Part shown: piece after piece, positions 1-9,367 of the stretch
Layout of the letters: the number at the start of each line of letters is the position of its first letter
Numbering within the stretch: position 1 is the first letter of the stretch
Source: an uncultured Clostridia bacterium
GTDB lineage: Bacteria; Acidobacteriota; Blastocatellia; HR10
Length of the DNA: 64,000 bases
Reading direction: 5' to 3'
Assembly (NCBI GenBank): GCA_964615335.1
Contig: CAZTMT010000001.1
Coordinates: 68,248-132,247 of the forward strand
Notes under the pieces: generated by a model
Seen by the model: only the letters and a program-made list of their open reading frames with translations
Told to the model about the DNA's origin: nothing
Databases searched by the model: none
Position numbers and translations under genes: made by a program

Positions 1-345
1 GATCGGTCGGAACCCCGCATCCCCTCGGCGCCGCAGAAAAGGGACGGGCAGACGTCCGAGCGCGCGCAGCTCGGGCTCGCTCCGGTCTTGAAGCCGAGCC
101 GTCGAGCGGAGAAGCTCCGGGTCCAGAGGCCCCATCGTGTTCAGGCGCAGCAGATTCAGCCGAATCCAGCAGAGGTGGATTCCCGAGATCGTCCAATCGC
201 GCAGGCCGCTAGTCCCCAGCGCGCATCCGTCGCATACCCCCTGAGTCAGGATTCGCCAGGCGTAGCGGAGCCGATCGCGATTCTCCCAAAGGGCGCGCAG
301 GACTTCTCGATAGGAGAAGAATTGCCGCTGTCGCTCGCCCTGCAT
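1..345 (-). CDS. FdhF/YdeP-family molybdopterin oxidoreductase, N-terminal part (runs off left edge)
   Basis: Manual translation from ATG at 345 (RBS-like CAGGAGG upstream): [70 protein letters not shown]...[20 protein letters not shown], open to position 1. CDGCALG...HLC and GRLP motifs fit this family. Not in the ORF track because no stop lies in the window. Confidence 0.8.
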   Translation of the reverse strand, partial: MQGERQRQFFSYREVLRALWENRDRLRYAWRILTQGVCDGCALGTSGLRDWTISGIHLCWIRLNLLRLNTMGPLDPELLRSTARLQDRSEPELRALGRLPVPFLRRRGDAGFRPI

Positions 346-446
346 TGTGCCTTCCTCCTGAGGGAGCCAGTATACACGCACTCCGGCAGCCGGTCAAAGA
401 GGGCGGATCCTCATGCGCCGATCTGGCGTCGAGCGTTCGGAGGAGG

Positions 447-1142
447 TCAGATCTCTCCGCGTTCGGCGAAACTCCAGTAGCGGTTGTGGCCGATGATGAG
501 GTGATCCAGAAGAGAAAGCTCCATCAGGCGACAGGCTTCGCGAAGTTCTCGCGTGATCTGCCGATCCTGAGGGCTGGGTTCGGGATTCCCCGAGGGGTGA
601 TTGTGTGCGCAAATGAGGGCGGCTGCCCCATGCTGCAGCGCCCGCTTGATGACTTCGCGGGGATGGACCGCGCTGGTGTTGATCGTGCCTCGAAACAGCT
701 CCTCGATGGCCAGGATCTCGTTCTTGCTGTTGAGGAAGATGACGGTGAAGACCTCGTGATCGCGATCGCGCAGCGAGTGGGCCAGAAGCTGATAGACGTC
801 CTCGGGATTTCGGATCGCGCGACGGCGTTCGAGATCCTCTCGGAGATATCGCTTGCTCAGCTCGATCGTCGCCAGAAGCGTGGCGATCTTCGCATCGCCC
901 AGCCCCTTGACCTGGCGCAGCTCGCGGAGGTCGGCAGTGAAGAGCCCGCGCAATCCGTGGAAGTGCTGCAGCAGCGCGCGCGCCAGATCCACGGCGCTCT
1001 GGCCGCTGACGCCCGTGCGCAGGAAGATGGCCAGAAGCTCGGCATCCGAGAGCGCGTCGGGCCCTTGCTTGAGCAACCGCTCCCGCGGGCGCTCGTGAAG
1101 GGGCCAATATTTGATCGCTTCCTCGCGGAGGGTTTTTTTCAT
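447..1142 (-). CDS. radC: RadC-family JAB-domain protein
   Basis: ERPRERLL, LSDAELLAIFLRTG, HPREV, AHNHPSG..PS..D and LLDHLII motifs. Start re-assigned to ATG 1142 (MKKTLREEAIK). Confidence 0.95.
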   Translation of the reverse strand: MKKTLREEAIKYWPLHERPRERLLKQGPDALSDAELLAIFLRTGVSGQSAVDLARALLQHFHGLRGLFTADLRELRQVKGLGDAKIATLLATIELSKRYLREDLERRRAIRNPEDVYQLLAHSLRDRDHEVFTVIFLNSKNEILAIEELFRGTINTSAVHPREVIKRALQHGAAALICAHNHPSGNPEPSPQDRQITRELREACRLMELSLLDHLIIGHNRYWSFAERGEI

Positions 1143-1191
1143 CGTCCCGGGACGGAGAGGGGGACCCAGGCCGATCCCCCTCGCGAAACGC

Positions 1192-2274
1192 TCAGGCGCG
1201 CACGCCGGCCTGATATCGGCGGTACCACTGCTCCCCCTGGAATTGGAGGCGGATGCGGGATCGGCCTCCAAACCGGCGATGCTCGAACCAGGGCGTCGCG
1301 CGCTCGGCGATTTCGTTGAGCTGGCGGAAGTTCTCCCGCGCGCGCGTCTGCAGCGCCTGCACGAGCTTCGCCTCATCGGGATAGAGCGCGACGGCTTCCT
1401 TCCAGATCGCGCGCCCGCAGAGAAAGCCATTGGCTCCCGCTTCTACGGCCAGCTTCGTGTTCTCGATGAACTCCTCAATATCCACCCCGGCGCTCAGAAT
1501 GACCCACGGAACGCCCGCCGCTTCGTTCAGCTCGCGGCAGTAGGCCTTGACTTCCTCCAACGTGTAGACGGGATCAGCATCCTTCTTCCCGAAGGGGGCC
1601 GATTGAAACTCCCGACAGTATTTCAAATTCGCCGGGAATTCCAGCTTGAGGACATCCACCTGGTATTCGGGTTTGGAGAATTCGCGCGCGCTGCGAATGA
1701 CGATGTCGGGCTTCTGTCGGGCGTATTCGGGGGTGTTTGTCCCTCCGCCGTCAAGGGCGTAGCCGACCGTCTCCAGGAGGAAGGGGATGTCCAGCTCGGC
1801 GCATTCCTGACCGACCCGACGTACAAGATCCTGCTGGTGCTGGCGCACCTTCTCCTCGGCATCCGGATGGTAATACAGCAGCAACTTCACGGCATCGGCC
1901 CCTGCGGCGCGCGCCTTCCACGCGCTCCATCCTTCGATGAGCCGCGTGCAGCGCCCCGTGCCCACGGCTTCGTATCCGGTCTCCTCGTAGGCCAGAAGCA
2001 ATCCCACATGGCCCGGGATATCGGTCAGCGAGTACGGGTATCCGTAGACGGGATCAGTCAGAACGGCTGTCGCCATCGGCGCCAGAATCTGCGTCACCCA
2101 TCGCTTGACGCGCGCGATCTCATCGAAGGTCACTTGCTCTCGGGGCTTCCCCGAAGATCGCGCGAGCGATTCGATCAGGGATCCGCGCTGATCAATGGCC
2201 AGCATTTTGAATCGGCCGGCCGAGTCGGCCAGCCGCATGAGCCCGCGAAGTTTCCCTGCGGAGATCTCCGTCAT
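1192..2274 (-). CDS. Class I aldolase, tagatose-1,6-bisphosphate/sulfofructosephosphate aldolase (LacD/YihT) family
   Basis: MLAIDQRGSL, ADAVKLLLYY, DVLKLEFP, PWVILSAGV and GFLCGRAIW motifs. ATG 2274 with GAGGAG RBS. Substrate not determinable from sequence. Confidence 0.88.
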   Translation of the reverse strand: MTEISAGKLRGLMRLADSAGRFKMLAIDQRGSLIESLARSSGKPREQVTFDEIARVKRWVTQILAPMATAVLTDPVYGYPYSLTDIPGHVGLLLAYEETGYEAVGTGRCTRLIEGWSAWKARAAGADAVKLLLYYHPDAEEKVRQHQQDLVRRVGQECAELDIPFLLETVGYALDGGGTNTPEYARQKPDIVIRSAREFSKPEYQVDVLKLEFPANLKYCREFQSAPFGKKDADPVYTLEEVKAYCRELNEAAGVPWVILSAGVDIEEFIENTKLAVEAGANGFLCGRAIWKEAVALYPDEAKLVQALQTRARENFRQLNEIAERATPWFEHRRFGGRSRIRLQFQGEQWYRRYQAGVRA

Positions 2275-2352
2275 ATCGGCCTCCTCTTTCGATTCCGAGA
2301 TGCACACACAAGGATAGCGAAAGGCGGTCCTCTCGCTCAAGGAGGCGGGGGC

Positions 2353-4491
2353 TCACCGTTCCCGCAATTTTCGCTCGCAGGCGGCTTCGATGGCCGCCGC
2401 CAGATGGTGCTGTGTGATCAGGAGAGGAACGGATTCGCCCGATTCGGCGCGGCGCACATAGTCTGTGATCGCGACAATCGCCGCTTGCTGACATACGGCT
2501 TCGATGTCGGCTCCGGTCAGACCCTGAGCCAGTTGCGCCAGCAGATCCAGATTGACATCTTCCGCGAGCGGGCGGTCCCGCAGGTGGATCTGCAAGATCT
2601 CCTTGAGCGCGCGGCAATCGGGAACGGGGACTTCCAGAAGAAGCTCGAATCGGCCCGGAGCGAGCAGCTCGGCGGGGACCTGAGTCAGCTCCCGCGCTGC
2701 GCCGAGCACGAGAATGCCGCGCAGATGCTCGAGCCGATCCATCTCGGCAATCAGTTCGGCCAGAACGCGCTCCAGAGCCCCAGCCAGAGCGCTGCGCCGT
2801 CGCGCCGTCGCGAGCACATCCAGATCGTCCAGAAAGACGAGCGAAGGCGAATGCTGCTTCGCCTGCTGAAACAGCTCGCGCACGAGCGTGGCCGAGCGAT
2901 CCTGGCCGAGAGCGAGCATCTCCAGGCCGCGCGCCGAGAAGAGGCGAATCCCCGTCTCCCCAGCCAGAGCGCGAACCAGAAGCGTCTTCCCCGTCCCCGA
3001 GGGACCATGCAGGAGAATCCCTTTGGCCGGACGGGCGCGCACGCGCGCAAAGAGCGTCGGCGAGCGAAGCGGCCCGAGAACGGCTTCCGTGAGTTGGTGC
3101 CGGATGTCGTGCAAGCCCCCCACGTCTTCCCATCGGACTTCGATCAGCTCGGCGCATGACGGTTGGGGGGTAAGAGGCGTGATCGTCTTCAAGGCTTCCA
3201 GGAAGTGGCGCATCCGGATCTGCGTCCGGGAGAGCAGGTCCGAAGGAGGAGATTCCGTGAGGTCTGGAATCGGGAAGGCCTCGCGCAGCGCCAGAAGGGC
3301 TGCTTCCTGACAGAGGGCCAGCAGATCCGCTCCGACCAGCCCGCGCGTCAGCTCCGCCAGTTGGCGAAAGTCCACATCCCCCCCCAGGGGCAGACCCCGC
3401 GAATGAATCTCCAAAATCTCCACCCGATCGCGGGACGTGGGCATTCCCACAAAGATCGTGCGCTCGAAGCGACCCGGGCGGCGAAGCGCCGGATCCACAG
3501 CCTGCGCGTGCGTGCTGGAGCCGATGACGACGATGCGTTCCCTTCGCGGAAGCTCGTCCAGAAGCGTCACCAGATCGGCGACAATGCGCCGCGCGATCTC
3601 CCCCTGATCCGGAGCGATCGCCTCCAGCTCGTCCAGGAAGATCACCGCCGGCGCGTGCTCGCGCGCCCGCTGGAATAGCTCCTGCAGATACGAATCGGCG
3701 TGGCGATGATAGCGCGAGAGAAGCTCATGGCCCGTCGTCTGAAAGAATCGCGCATGAGAGCCGCAGGCCACAGCGCGAGCCAGAAGGGATTTCCCCACGC
3801 CCGGAGGACCGATGAGAAGAATCCCGCGAGGTCGCTTGATCCCCACGTTCTCAAAGACAACCGGGCTTTTGAAGGGGATCTCCACCAGCTCGCGAAGCTG
3901 GGCGATTTCGCGTTTGAGGCCGCCCACGTCTTCATACGCGAGTCGAGGAGGACCTTCGCTTGTGGGCGTGGGCTCAGAAGGGACGATCTCGCAGCTTGTC
4001 GTGAGCTGGATGATGACAGGACCTTCCGGCTCCGTCTCCAGGACGTGATAGTCCTGAGGGGTCGCCCCCAAAAGCCAGACGCGGACCGTATCCCCGGCCA
4101 GCACAGGGATCCCGTCGAGCCAGTGGGAGAGATAACGCCGTGCCTCAGCAGAAGCCGGAGAGGTATCCACAGGGCGCAACCTCACTCTCGTGGCCAGAGC
4201 GCAAGAGATGGGGCGCACGCGAACCCATTCCTCCAGATCCACCTGCGCGTTCTCGCGAGTGATCCCGTCAATCCGAATGACCCGCTGACCGCGCTCGCCG
4301 CCAAACGTGGGGAAGGCGCGGGCCACTGTGCGACGTCGTCCCAGGATCTCGATCGTGTGCCCCGGGGCGATCCCCAACGCCTCCAGGTCCTCAGGGGCAA
4401 TGCGGGCCAAGCCACGCCCGACATCGCGGGGACGCGCTTCGATGACGCGGAGAGTAAGCGGCTGGCTCGGCGCTTCGCCTGGATTCCCCAT
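2353..4491 (-). CDS. Cdc48/VCP-like double AAA+ ATPase (N-domain + D1 + degenerate D2)
   Basis: N-domain LRVIEARPRDVGRGLARI...IRIDGITRENA; D1 GPPGVGKS / IFLDELE / DPALRRPGRF; D2 GPSGTGKT / VFLDDLD / ELLAPGRF. Start re-assigned to ATG 4491. Confidence 0.9.
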   Translation of the reverse strand: MGNPGEAPSQPLTLRVIEARPRDVGRGLARIAPEDLEALGIAPGHTIEILGRRRTVARAFPTFGGERGQRVIRIDGITRENAQVDLEEWVRVRPISCALATRVRLRPVDTSPASAEARRYLSHWLDGIPVLAGDTVRVWLLGATPQDYHVLETEPEGPVIIQLTTSCEIVPSEPTPTSEGPPRLAYEDVGGLKREIAQLRELVEIPFKSPVVFENVGIKRPRGILLIGPPGVGKSLLARAVACGSHARFFQTTGHELLSRYHRHADSYLQELFQRAREHAPAVIFLDELEAIAPDQGEIARRIVADLVTLLDELPRRERIVVIGSSTHAQAVDPALRRPGRFERTIFVGMPTSRDRVEILEIHSRGLPLGGDVDFRQLAELTRGLVGADLLALCQEAALLALREAFPIPDLTESPPSDLLSRTQIRMRHFLEALKTITPLTPQPSCAELIEVRWEDVGGLHDIRHQLTEAVLGPLRSPTLFARVRARPAKGILLHGPSGTGKTLLVRALAGETGIRLFSARGLEMLALGQDRSATLVRELFQQAKQHSPSLVFLDDLDVLATARRRSALAGALERVLAELIAEMDRLEHLRGILVLGAARELTQVPAELLAPGRFELLLEVPVPDCRALKEILQIHLRDRPLAEDVNLDLLAQLAQGLTGADIEAVCQQAAIVAITDYVRRAESGESVPLLITQHHLAAAIEAACERKLRER

Positions 4492-4582
4492 AAGAACTCC
4501 GGAAGAGATTGTACTGCATCCCGTGGGGGGGAAACCAGAGCGAAACCATTCGCCCCTTGACGCCAGGAAGGAGACCGTGAGG

Positions 4583-5530
4583 TCACGACGTCGCCCGCCA
4601 CAGCTCCAGCAGCCGGCGGAAATCTTCGGGAAGAGGGGAGTGGAAATCGAGCCACTGACCCGTGTGCGGATGAGAGAAAGCCAGCCGCGCCGCATGGAGG
4701 AAATGGCGATCAAACCGTTGACCGACCCGATGCATCCAGGCGTCAAACGCCGCGTGCGCCTCTCTGCCGTAGAGAGCGTCGCCGACGACCGGATGCCCGA
4801 TCGCGGCCAGATGAATGCGAATCTGGTGGGTGCGTCCGGTCTGGGGCTGCGCCTCAATGAGCGTGAGGCCGCCCGCGCGTTCCAGTGCGCGCACATCGGT
4901 TATCGCCTCGCGCCCGGAGTCCAGGATGTTCCAGTGGGGATACCGGTTGGGATCCCATCCGATGGGGAGCGTGATCCGAAGCGACTCCGCCTGAAAGTCC
5001 CCGTGAACCACGGCGAGATAGGTTTTCACAACACGACGCTCGCGAAAATGTCGGGCCAGGATGCGGTGCGCCGATTCCGTCTTCGCGACCACCAGCAGTC
5101 CGGACGTGAGCCGATCGAGCCGATGGACCAGTCCCGGGCGCGTCCCCGGAGCGCGTTCCTTCAGGTGATGGCACAGGGCATTCAACAGAGTACCCGACCT
5201 CACCTGGCGATTGGGATGCACGAGCATGCCCGCCGGCTTCTCCAGGACCAGAAGCACCTCGTCCTCAAAAAGGATGGACAAAGGGATGGGTTCGGGAACC
5301 AGACCGGGCGTCGGCGTGGAGTCAATCTGCACAGTCACCCGATCGCCCGGGCGCAATCGGTAATTCGACCGCGAGGGCTCGCCGTTGACGCGCACCCATC
5401 CCTGGGCCGTCGCCCGCCGCAGGAGGACGCGGCTATGCTGTGGAAAAGCGCGCGCCAGAAAGTGATCGAGCCGCTGCCCCGCTTCGGCCTCTCCGATCTG
5501 GAAGGCGAAATGAGCGATGCGCTCCGACAT
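4583..5530 (-). CDS. rluD: RluA/RluD-family 23S rRNA pseudouridine synthase
   Basis: S4-like RLDHFLA, KPAGMLVHP, catalytic VHRLDRLTSG, GRTHQIRIH, GHPVVGDALYG. Start likely ATG 5530. Confidence 0.92.
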   Translation of the reverse strand: MSERIAHFAFQIGEAEAGQRLDHFLARAFPQHSRVLLRRATAQGWVRVNGEPSRSNYRLRPGDRVTVQIDSTPTPGLVPEPIPLSILFEDEVLLVLEKPAGMLVHPNRQVRSGTLLNALCHHLKERAPGTRPGLVHRLDRLTSGLLVVAKTESAHRILARHFRERRVVKTYLAVVHGDFQAESLRITLPIGWDPNRYPHWNILDSGREAITDVRALERAGGLTLIEAQPQTGRTHQIRIHLAAIGHPVVGDALYGREAHAAFDAWMHRVGQRFDRHFLHAARLAFSHPHTGQWLDFHSPLPEDFRRLLELWRATS

Positions 5531-5653
5531 CCCGCCCTCATAGTATACGAGGGAGGTCCGGGGACTTTCCACGACCCGATTCGGCCCAGACGCTTTGGGA
5601 TCGCATGGTGTCTTTCACGCGCTCGCGATATAATCCCCACCGGAGATGCCGCC

Positions 5654-6664
5654 ATGGACGTGCGCGATCGCTGGCATCGTCCGATGAAGGACTTGCGCAT
5701 CTCGGTCACCGACCGATGTAATTTTCGCTGCCTCTATTGCATGCCTCTCCCGGAATACGCCTGGGTGGAGCGCACGGAGCTGCTCACCTTCGAAGAGATC
5801 GTGCGTCTGACGCGGCTCCTGGTGCGTTTGGGCGTGGAGAAGATCAAACTGACAGGAGGGGAGCCTCTTTTGCGCCGGGGTCTGGACCGATTGATCGCAC
5901 AGCTTCGGGAGATCTCCGGCGTACGCGATCTGTGTCTCACGACCAATGGAGCGCTGCTGGCCGAGCAGGCCGAACGCTTGAAGGCGGCCGGACTCGTGCG
6001 GGTGAATGTGAGCCTGGATACGCTGGATCCTGAAAAGTTCCGGCGCATCACGCAGCGCGGGGATCTCGGGCGCGTGCTCGAAGGGATTTTCGAGGCCCAG
6101 CGCGTGGGGCTGCACCCGGTGAAGATCAATGCTGTCATCGAGCGAGGGGTCAATGAGGAGGACATCATCCCGCTCGTCCGCTTCTGCCTCGAGCATGGCT
6201 TCGCGCTCCGCTTCATCGAATACATGGACGTCGGGACGGCGAACGGCTGGCGGTGGGAGAAAGTCGTCCCGAAAGCGGAGATCGTGCGCATCCTCGCGCG
6301 GGAATTCGCGCTTCAAGAGGTCGGCCGAGAACAGGAGAGCGATACGGCGGTGCGCTATCGCCTGGCCGATGGCAGCGGAGATATCGGGGTCATCGCCTCG
6401 GTGACCGAGCCCTTCTGCCGCGCCTGTACGCGCGTGCGTCTGACCTCGGATGGGAAACTGGTGACCTGTCTCTTCTCAGCCCAGGGATACGATGTGAAGG
6501 CGTTGCTCCGAGCCGGAGCGTCCGACGAGGAGATCCTCGCGGCCATCGGCCACATCTGGGAAGCGCGGCGCGATCGCTATTCGGAGGAGCGGCTCGAGGC
6601 TCTTCGGTCGGGACGTCATTTCTCCTCACCGCCGAAGATCGAGATGATCCGCTTGGGCGGATAG
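5654..6664 (+). CDS. moaA: GTP 3',8-cyclase (radical SAM, Moco biosynthesis)
   Basis: LRISVTDRCNFRCLYCM (CxxxCxxC), TGGEPLLR, FCRACTRVRLTSDGKLVTCLF, C-terminal GG. ATG 5654 with TATAAT at 5629-5634. Confidence 0.96.
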   Translation: MDVRDRWHRPMKDLRISVTDRCNFRCLYCMPLPEYAWVERTELLTFEEIVRLTRLLVRLGVEKIKLTGGEPLLRRGLDRLIAQLREISGVRDLCLTTNGALLAEQAERLKAAGLVRVNVSLDTLDPEKFRRITQRGDLGRVLEGIFEAQRVGLHPVKINAVIERGVNEEDIIPLVRFCLEHGFALRFIEYMDVGTANGWRWEKVVPKAEIVRILAREFALQEVGREQESDTAVRYRLADGSGDIGVIASVTEPFCRACTRVRLTSDGKLVTCLFSAQGYDVKALLRAGASDEEILAAIGHIWEARRDRYSEERLEALRSGRHFSSPPKIEMIRLGG

Positions 6665-6668
6665 GCCA

Positions 6669-7211
6669 TCACTGGGAGTGAGGCCGGCGGGTGAAGATCT
6701 TCTCGCCCGCGAAGGCGTTGAGGGCTTCAAAGCGAAGTTTCACGGCGGTCTTGCGGACGCGTTCCACTTCGGCCACCCAGCCGGCCGGAAAAGCGCGCTC
6801 CAGAGCCTCGAGATCCCGAAGATGCTTCCGCACGTGCAGATCGAAATCGCGGTAGGCGTTCTTTCGCTTCCCTCCCGGAGGAACCATCTCGATTCGCGAG
6901 AACGCATGCTCCAAAAGGGCCTGATACGAGGCCAACCGCTCAAGGGCTGACTCGAAGCGCTCCTCCTCGAAGAGACGTTTGATCTCTTGCAGTCGCTTTT
7001 CCCCAATCTTCAAAAGGAATCGAACCTGCTTGGCCGGATTTTTCTCCCGGGTGAACTGAGCGTATTCGGGCGGCGTCAGCAGATGAGAGATTTCCGCCGT
7101 CTGCAGAGGGGTGATGACAAGAGGGGAGAAGAAAGCGGCGATCATCCCCAGTGTGCCCTGTCGGATCGGCGGTGTGAGAAGGCGCCCAAGGGCGTTCCAG
7201 TGAATTCTCAT
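6669..7211 (-). CDS. Hypothetical helical protein, probably exported
   Basis: 180-aa ORF with hydrophobic N-terminal stretch; its ATG overlaps the TGA of the upstream TPR gene (ATGA at 7208-7211), suggesting translational coupling. Confidence 0.7.
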   Translation of the reverse strand: MRIHWNALGRLLTPPIRQGTLGMIAAFFSPLVITPLQTAEISHLLTPPEYAQFTREKNPAKQVRFLLKIGEKRLQEIKRLFEEERFESALERLASYQALLEHAFSRIEMVPPGGKRKNAYRDFDLHVRKHLRDLEALERAFPAGWVAEVERVRKTAVKLRFEALNAFAGEKIFTRRPHSQ

Positions 7212-8671
7212 CGCCGACGGCGTTTTTGAGCCTCCTCGATCTGTCGGCGCAGTGCCGGCAGACGAAAGCGCGCGCTCTCGATCTCCGTCCGGTGCGTCGC
7301 CGGATCGGCGAGCGCGAGGAATCGCTCGTACATCGGGAGCGCCTGTTCGTACTGACCCAACCGATCGTAGCAGATGGCCAGAAAGTAATGCGCGACGGCC
7401 GAGTCCGGCTTTCGCCGGACCACCCAGGCGAATTCGCGGGCGGCCTGCGCGTAATCCTTCAGCTCGAAGTAGGCCGTTCCCAAACCGGCGTGGGCCGGAT
7501 AGTGGTTCGGATCGCGGGCGAGAACGGTGCGGAAGACCTCGGCCGCTTCGGGGAATCGGCGCAGTTTCAGCAGCGCCGCTCCCAGATTCGCGCGATAGGC
7601 GAGGTTTTCTCGATCCCCTTGCGCGGCGCGCTCAAAGGCCCGCGCGGCAGCCTCCGGATCGTGAGGGAGCAAGAGTTCCCCCAAAAGAGCATGTGCTCGG
7701 GGATCGTCAGGAGAGACGGCGACCCACTGCTGAGCCTGCGCCAGAGCTTCCGTCAGGCGCCCCGCCCGCTCCAGCAGGGTGATCAAATGCTGGCGCGCCT
7801 CGCGATGCGTCGGTTCGCGGGCCAGGATCTTTTGAAAAAGGGCGATGGCTTCTTCGGTTCGTCCCGCCAGGGCGTACGTTTCGGCCAGGCGCTGCTCGAT
7901 GTCCGTCGTCGGCTGGGACTGAGCCAAGACCTCTAAGTCTTCAAGGGCGCGCGCATAGTCCCGACGCTCGAGCCAGAGACGACTTCGGGCCTGGCGAGCC
8001 GCAGAGGCCTTCGGGTCTCGCTCCAGAGCGCGGCTGTACGCGTGCAGAGCCGCTTCGATCTCCCCCTTCTGCTCGTGCGCCAGACCCAGCAGAGTGTAGA
8101 GAGACGCCGTCTCCAGACCCAGCTCCCGCGCGCGCGCGAGTTCGGCTATCGCTTCCGCAGGAGCACGTCGCGCCAGAGCGATCGAAGCGCGCACCAGGTG
8201 AGCGCGGGGGAAGTTCGGATCCAGCGTCAGGGCGCGGCGCGCGTGAGTCTCGGCCTCCGGGAGCCGATTCCGCCTCAAAAGTACTTCAGCCAAAAGCGTA
8301 TGCGCGCGCGCCATGAAAGCCGCCCCGGCCGCATCGGCGATCAGATCCGGCTCCTGTTCGAGAAGCTGTGCCAGATCGCGCTCGCTTTCCTCCAGCCGAT
8401 CCAGAGCAAAATAGGCAGCCGCCCGTTGATAGAGCGCTTCGGAAAAATTCGGGAGCTGTTGCAGAGCGGAGCTGTAGAGTTCGATGGCCTCGGCCAGACG
8501 CCCTTGTTCGTGCGCCGTCTGCCCCGCCTCGAACTTCGCCACAGCCTCGGCGCGACTCTTCTCTTCGGAAGTCACCTGTTGCGAAGCGCGTCCGGCTCGC
8601 TCCCGTTGAGGCGCTCCCGCTCCGGGATGAGCGAGCAGGGCCAGCAGGATCCCCAGATACAGGCTGCGCAT
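7208..8671 (-). CDS. Exported tetratricopeptide-repeat protein
   Basis: Signal-like MRSLYLGILLALLAHPGAGA followed by about 10 TPR-like repeats (e.g. AHAGLGTAYFELKDYAQAAREF). Start re-assigned to ATG 8671. Confidence 0.88.
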   Translation of the reverse strand: MRSLYLGILLALLAHPGAGAPQRERAGRASQQVTSEEKSRAEAVAKFEAGQTAHEQGRLAEAIELYSSALQQLPNFSEALYQRAAAYFALDRLEESERDLAQLLEQEPDLIADAAGAAFMARAHTLLAEVLLRRNRLPEAETHARRALTLDPNFPRAHLVRASIALARRAPAEAIAELARARELGLETASLYTLLGLAHEQKGEIEAALHAYSRALERDPKASAARQARSRLWLERRDYARALEDLEVLAQSQPTTDIEQRLAETYALAGRTEEAIALFQKILAREPTHREARQHLITLLERAGRLTEALAQAQQWVAVSPDDPRAHALLGELLLPHDPEAAARAFERAAQGDRENLAYRANLGAALLKLRRFPEAAEVFRTVLARDPNHYPAHAGLGTAYFELKDYAQAAREFAWVVRRKPDSAVAHYFLAICYDRLGQYEQALPMYERFLALADPATHRTEIESARFRLPALRRQIEEAQKRRRR

Positions 8672-8883
8672 CGCTCTCTCCCCCTGATTCTCTTGCGCAG
8701 GGGATATAGTAGCATAGTCTCCTGCTCCGCGCACCTCCTTGTGAGCCGATGCTTGTGAGGGACGCGCTCTCCGCGTCAAGAGGCTTCGGCCCCGCCCCGA
8801 TGTCCTGCCGGAGCGCGAGAGGGCTTTCTTTATGCTTCGTGTTGTGATACGATAGGGACACCTTGTGCAGGAGGGGTGAGGAG

Positions 8884-9294
8884 ATGGCATTAGAAGCTTT
8901 GGGCATGGTCGAGACGCGAGGATTCGTGGGTGCGGTTGAGGCCGCCGATGCGATGGTCAAGGCGGCGAATGTCCGGTTGATCGGAAAGGAATACATCGGA
9001 GCCGGTCTGGTCACCGTCTTCGTCCGCGGGGATGTCGGGGCGGTGAAGGCGGCGACCGATGCGGGAGCTGCGGCCGCGCGGCGCGTCGGCGAATTGATCA
9101 GCGTCCATGTGATTCCGAGACCGCATCCGGAGGTCGAACGCATTCTCCCCAACGGAGGGGGGATCATCGAAGGGGAAGCGCGCGAGGTTCACGTGCTTTC
9201 GGGCCAGGACGTGCAGGCCCTCGAAGCGCGGGGAACGAAGTCGCTTGAAGGCGAGGTCGAGGGCAATCGGCGGCGCGGATCTTCTCGAAAGTGA
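8884..9294 (+). CDS. Bacterial microcompartment hexameric shell protein (BMC-H, EutM/PduA/CcmK-like) with 47-aa C-terminal extension
   Basis: [26 protein letters not shown]...[21 protein letters not shown]...[11 protein letters not shown] is the canonical BMC-H signature. ATG 8884 with GAGGAG RBS. Confidence 0.95.
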   Translation: MALEALGMVETRGFVGAVEAADAMVKAANVRLIGKEYIGAGLVTVFVRGDVGAVKAATDAGAAAARRVGELISVHVIPRPHPEVERILPNGGGIIEGEAREVHVLSGQDVQALEARGTKSLEGEVEGNRRRGSSRK

Positions 9295-9367
9295 GCCCGG
9301 AGGATCTCGTGCGTGCCGGAGTGGTCCCGGACCGAGGCCCGAGGGGTGATTCTGTGCATCTCTTCCC

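Noticed and set aside
1111-3159. Long antisense or alternative-frame ORFs throughout (e.g. 1111..3159, 13719..16595, 21395..23530, 23788..25923, 44999..47029, 47086..49029, 55371..57047)
   Set aside because: Each overlaps a well-supported gene on the other strand or frame and has no recognisable motifs; typical of GC-rich DNA.
447-4491. JAB protein near a Cdc48-like ATPase as a prokaryotic ubiquitin-like system
   Set aside because: The JAB protein is an ordinary RadC with HhH region; no ubiquitin-like, E1, E2 or E3 gene is present and an aldolase separates the two.
4307-5653. N-terminal extensions in the ORF track for moaA, cdc48-like, rpoD, gatB, mutS2, radC and others
   Set aside because: They overlap neighbouring genes; downstream starts with RBS-like sequences match the expected family N-termini.
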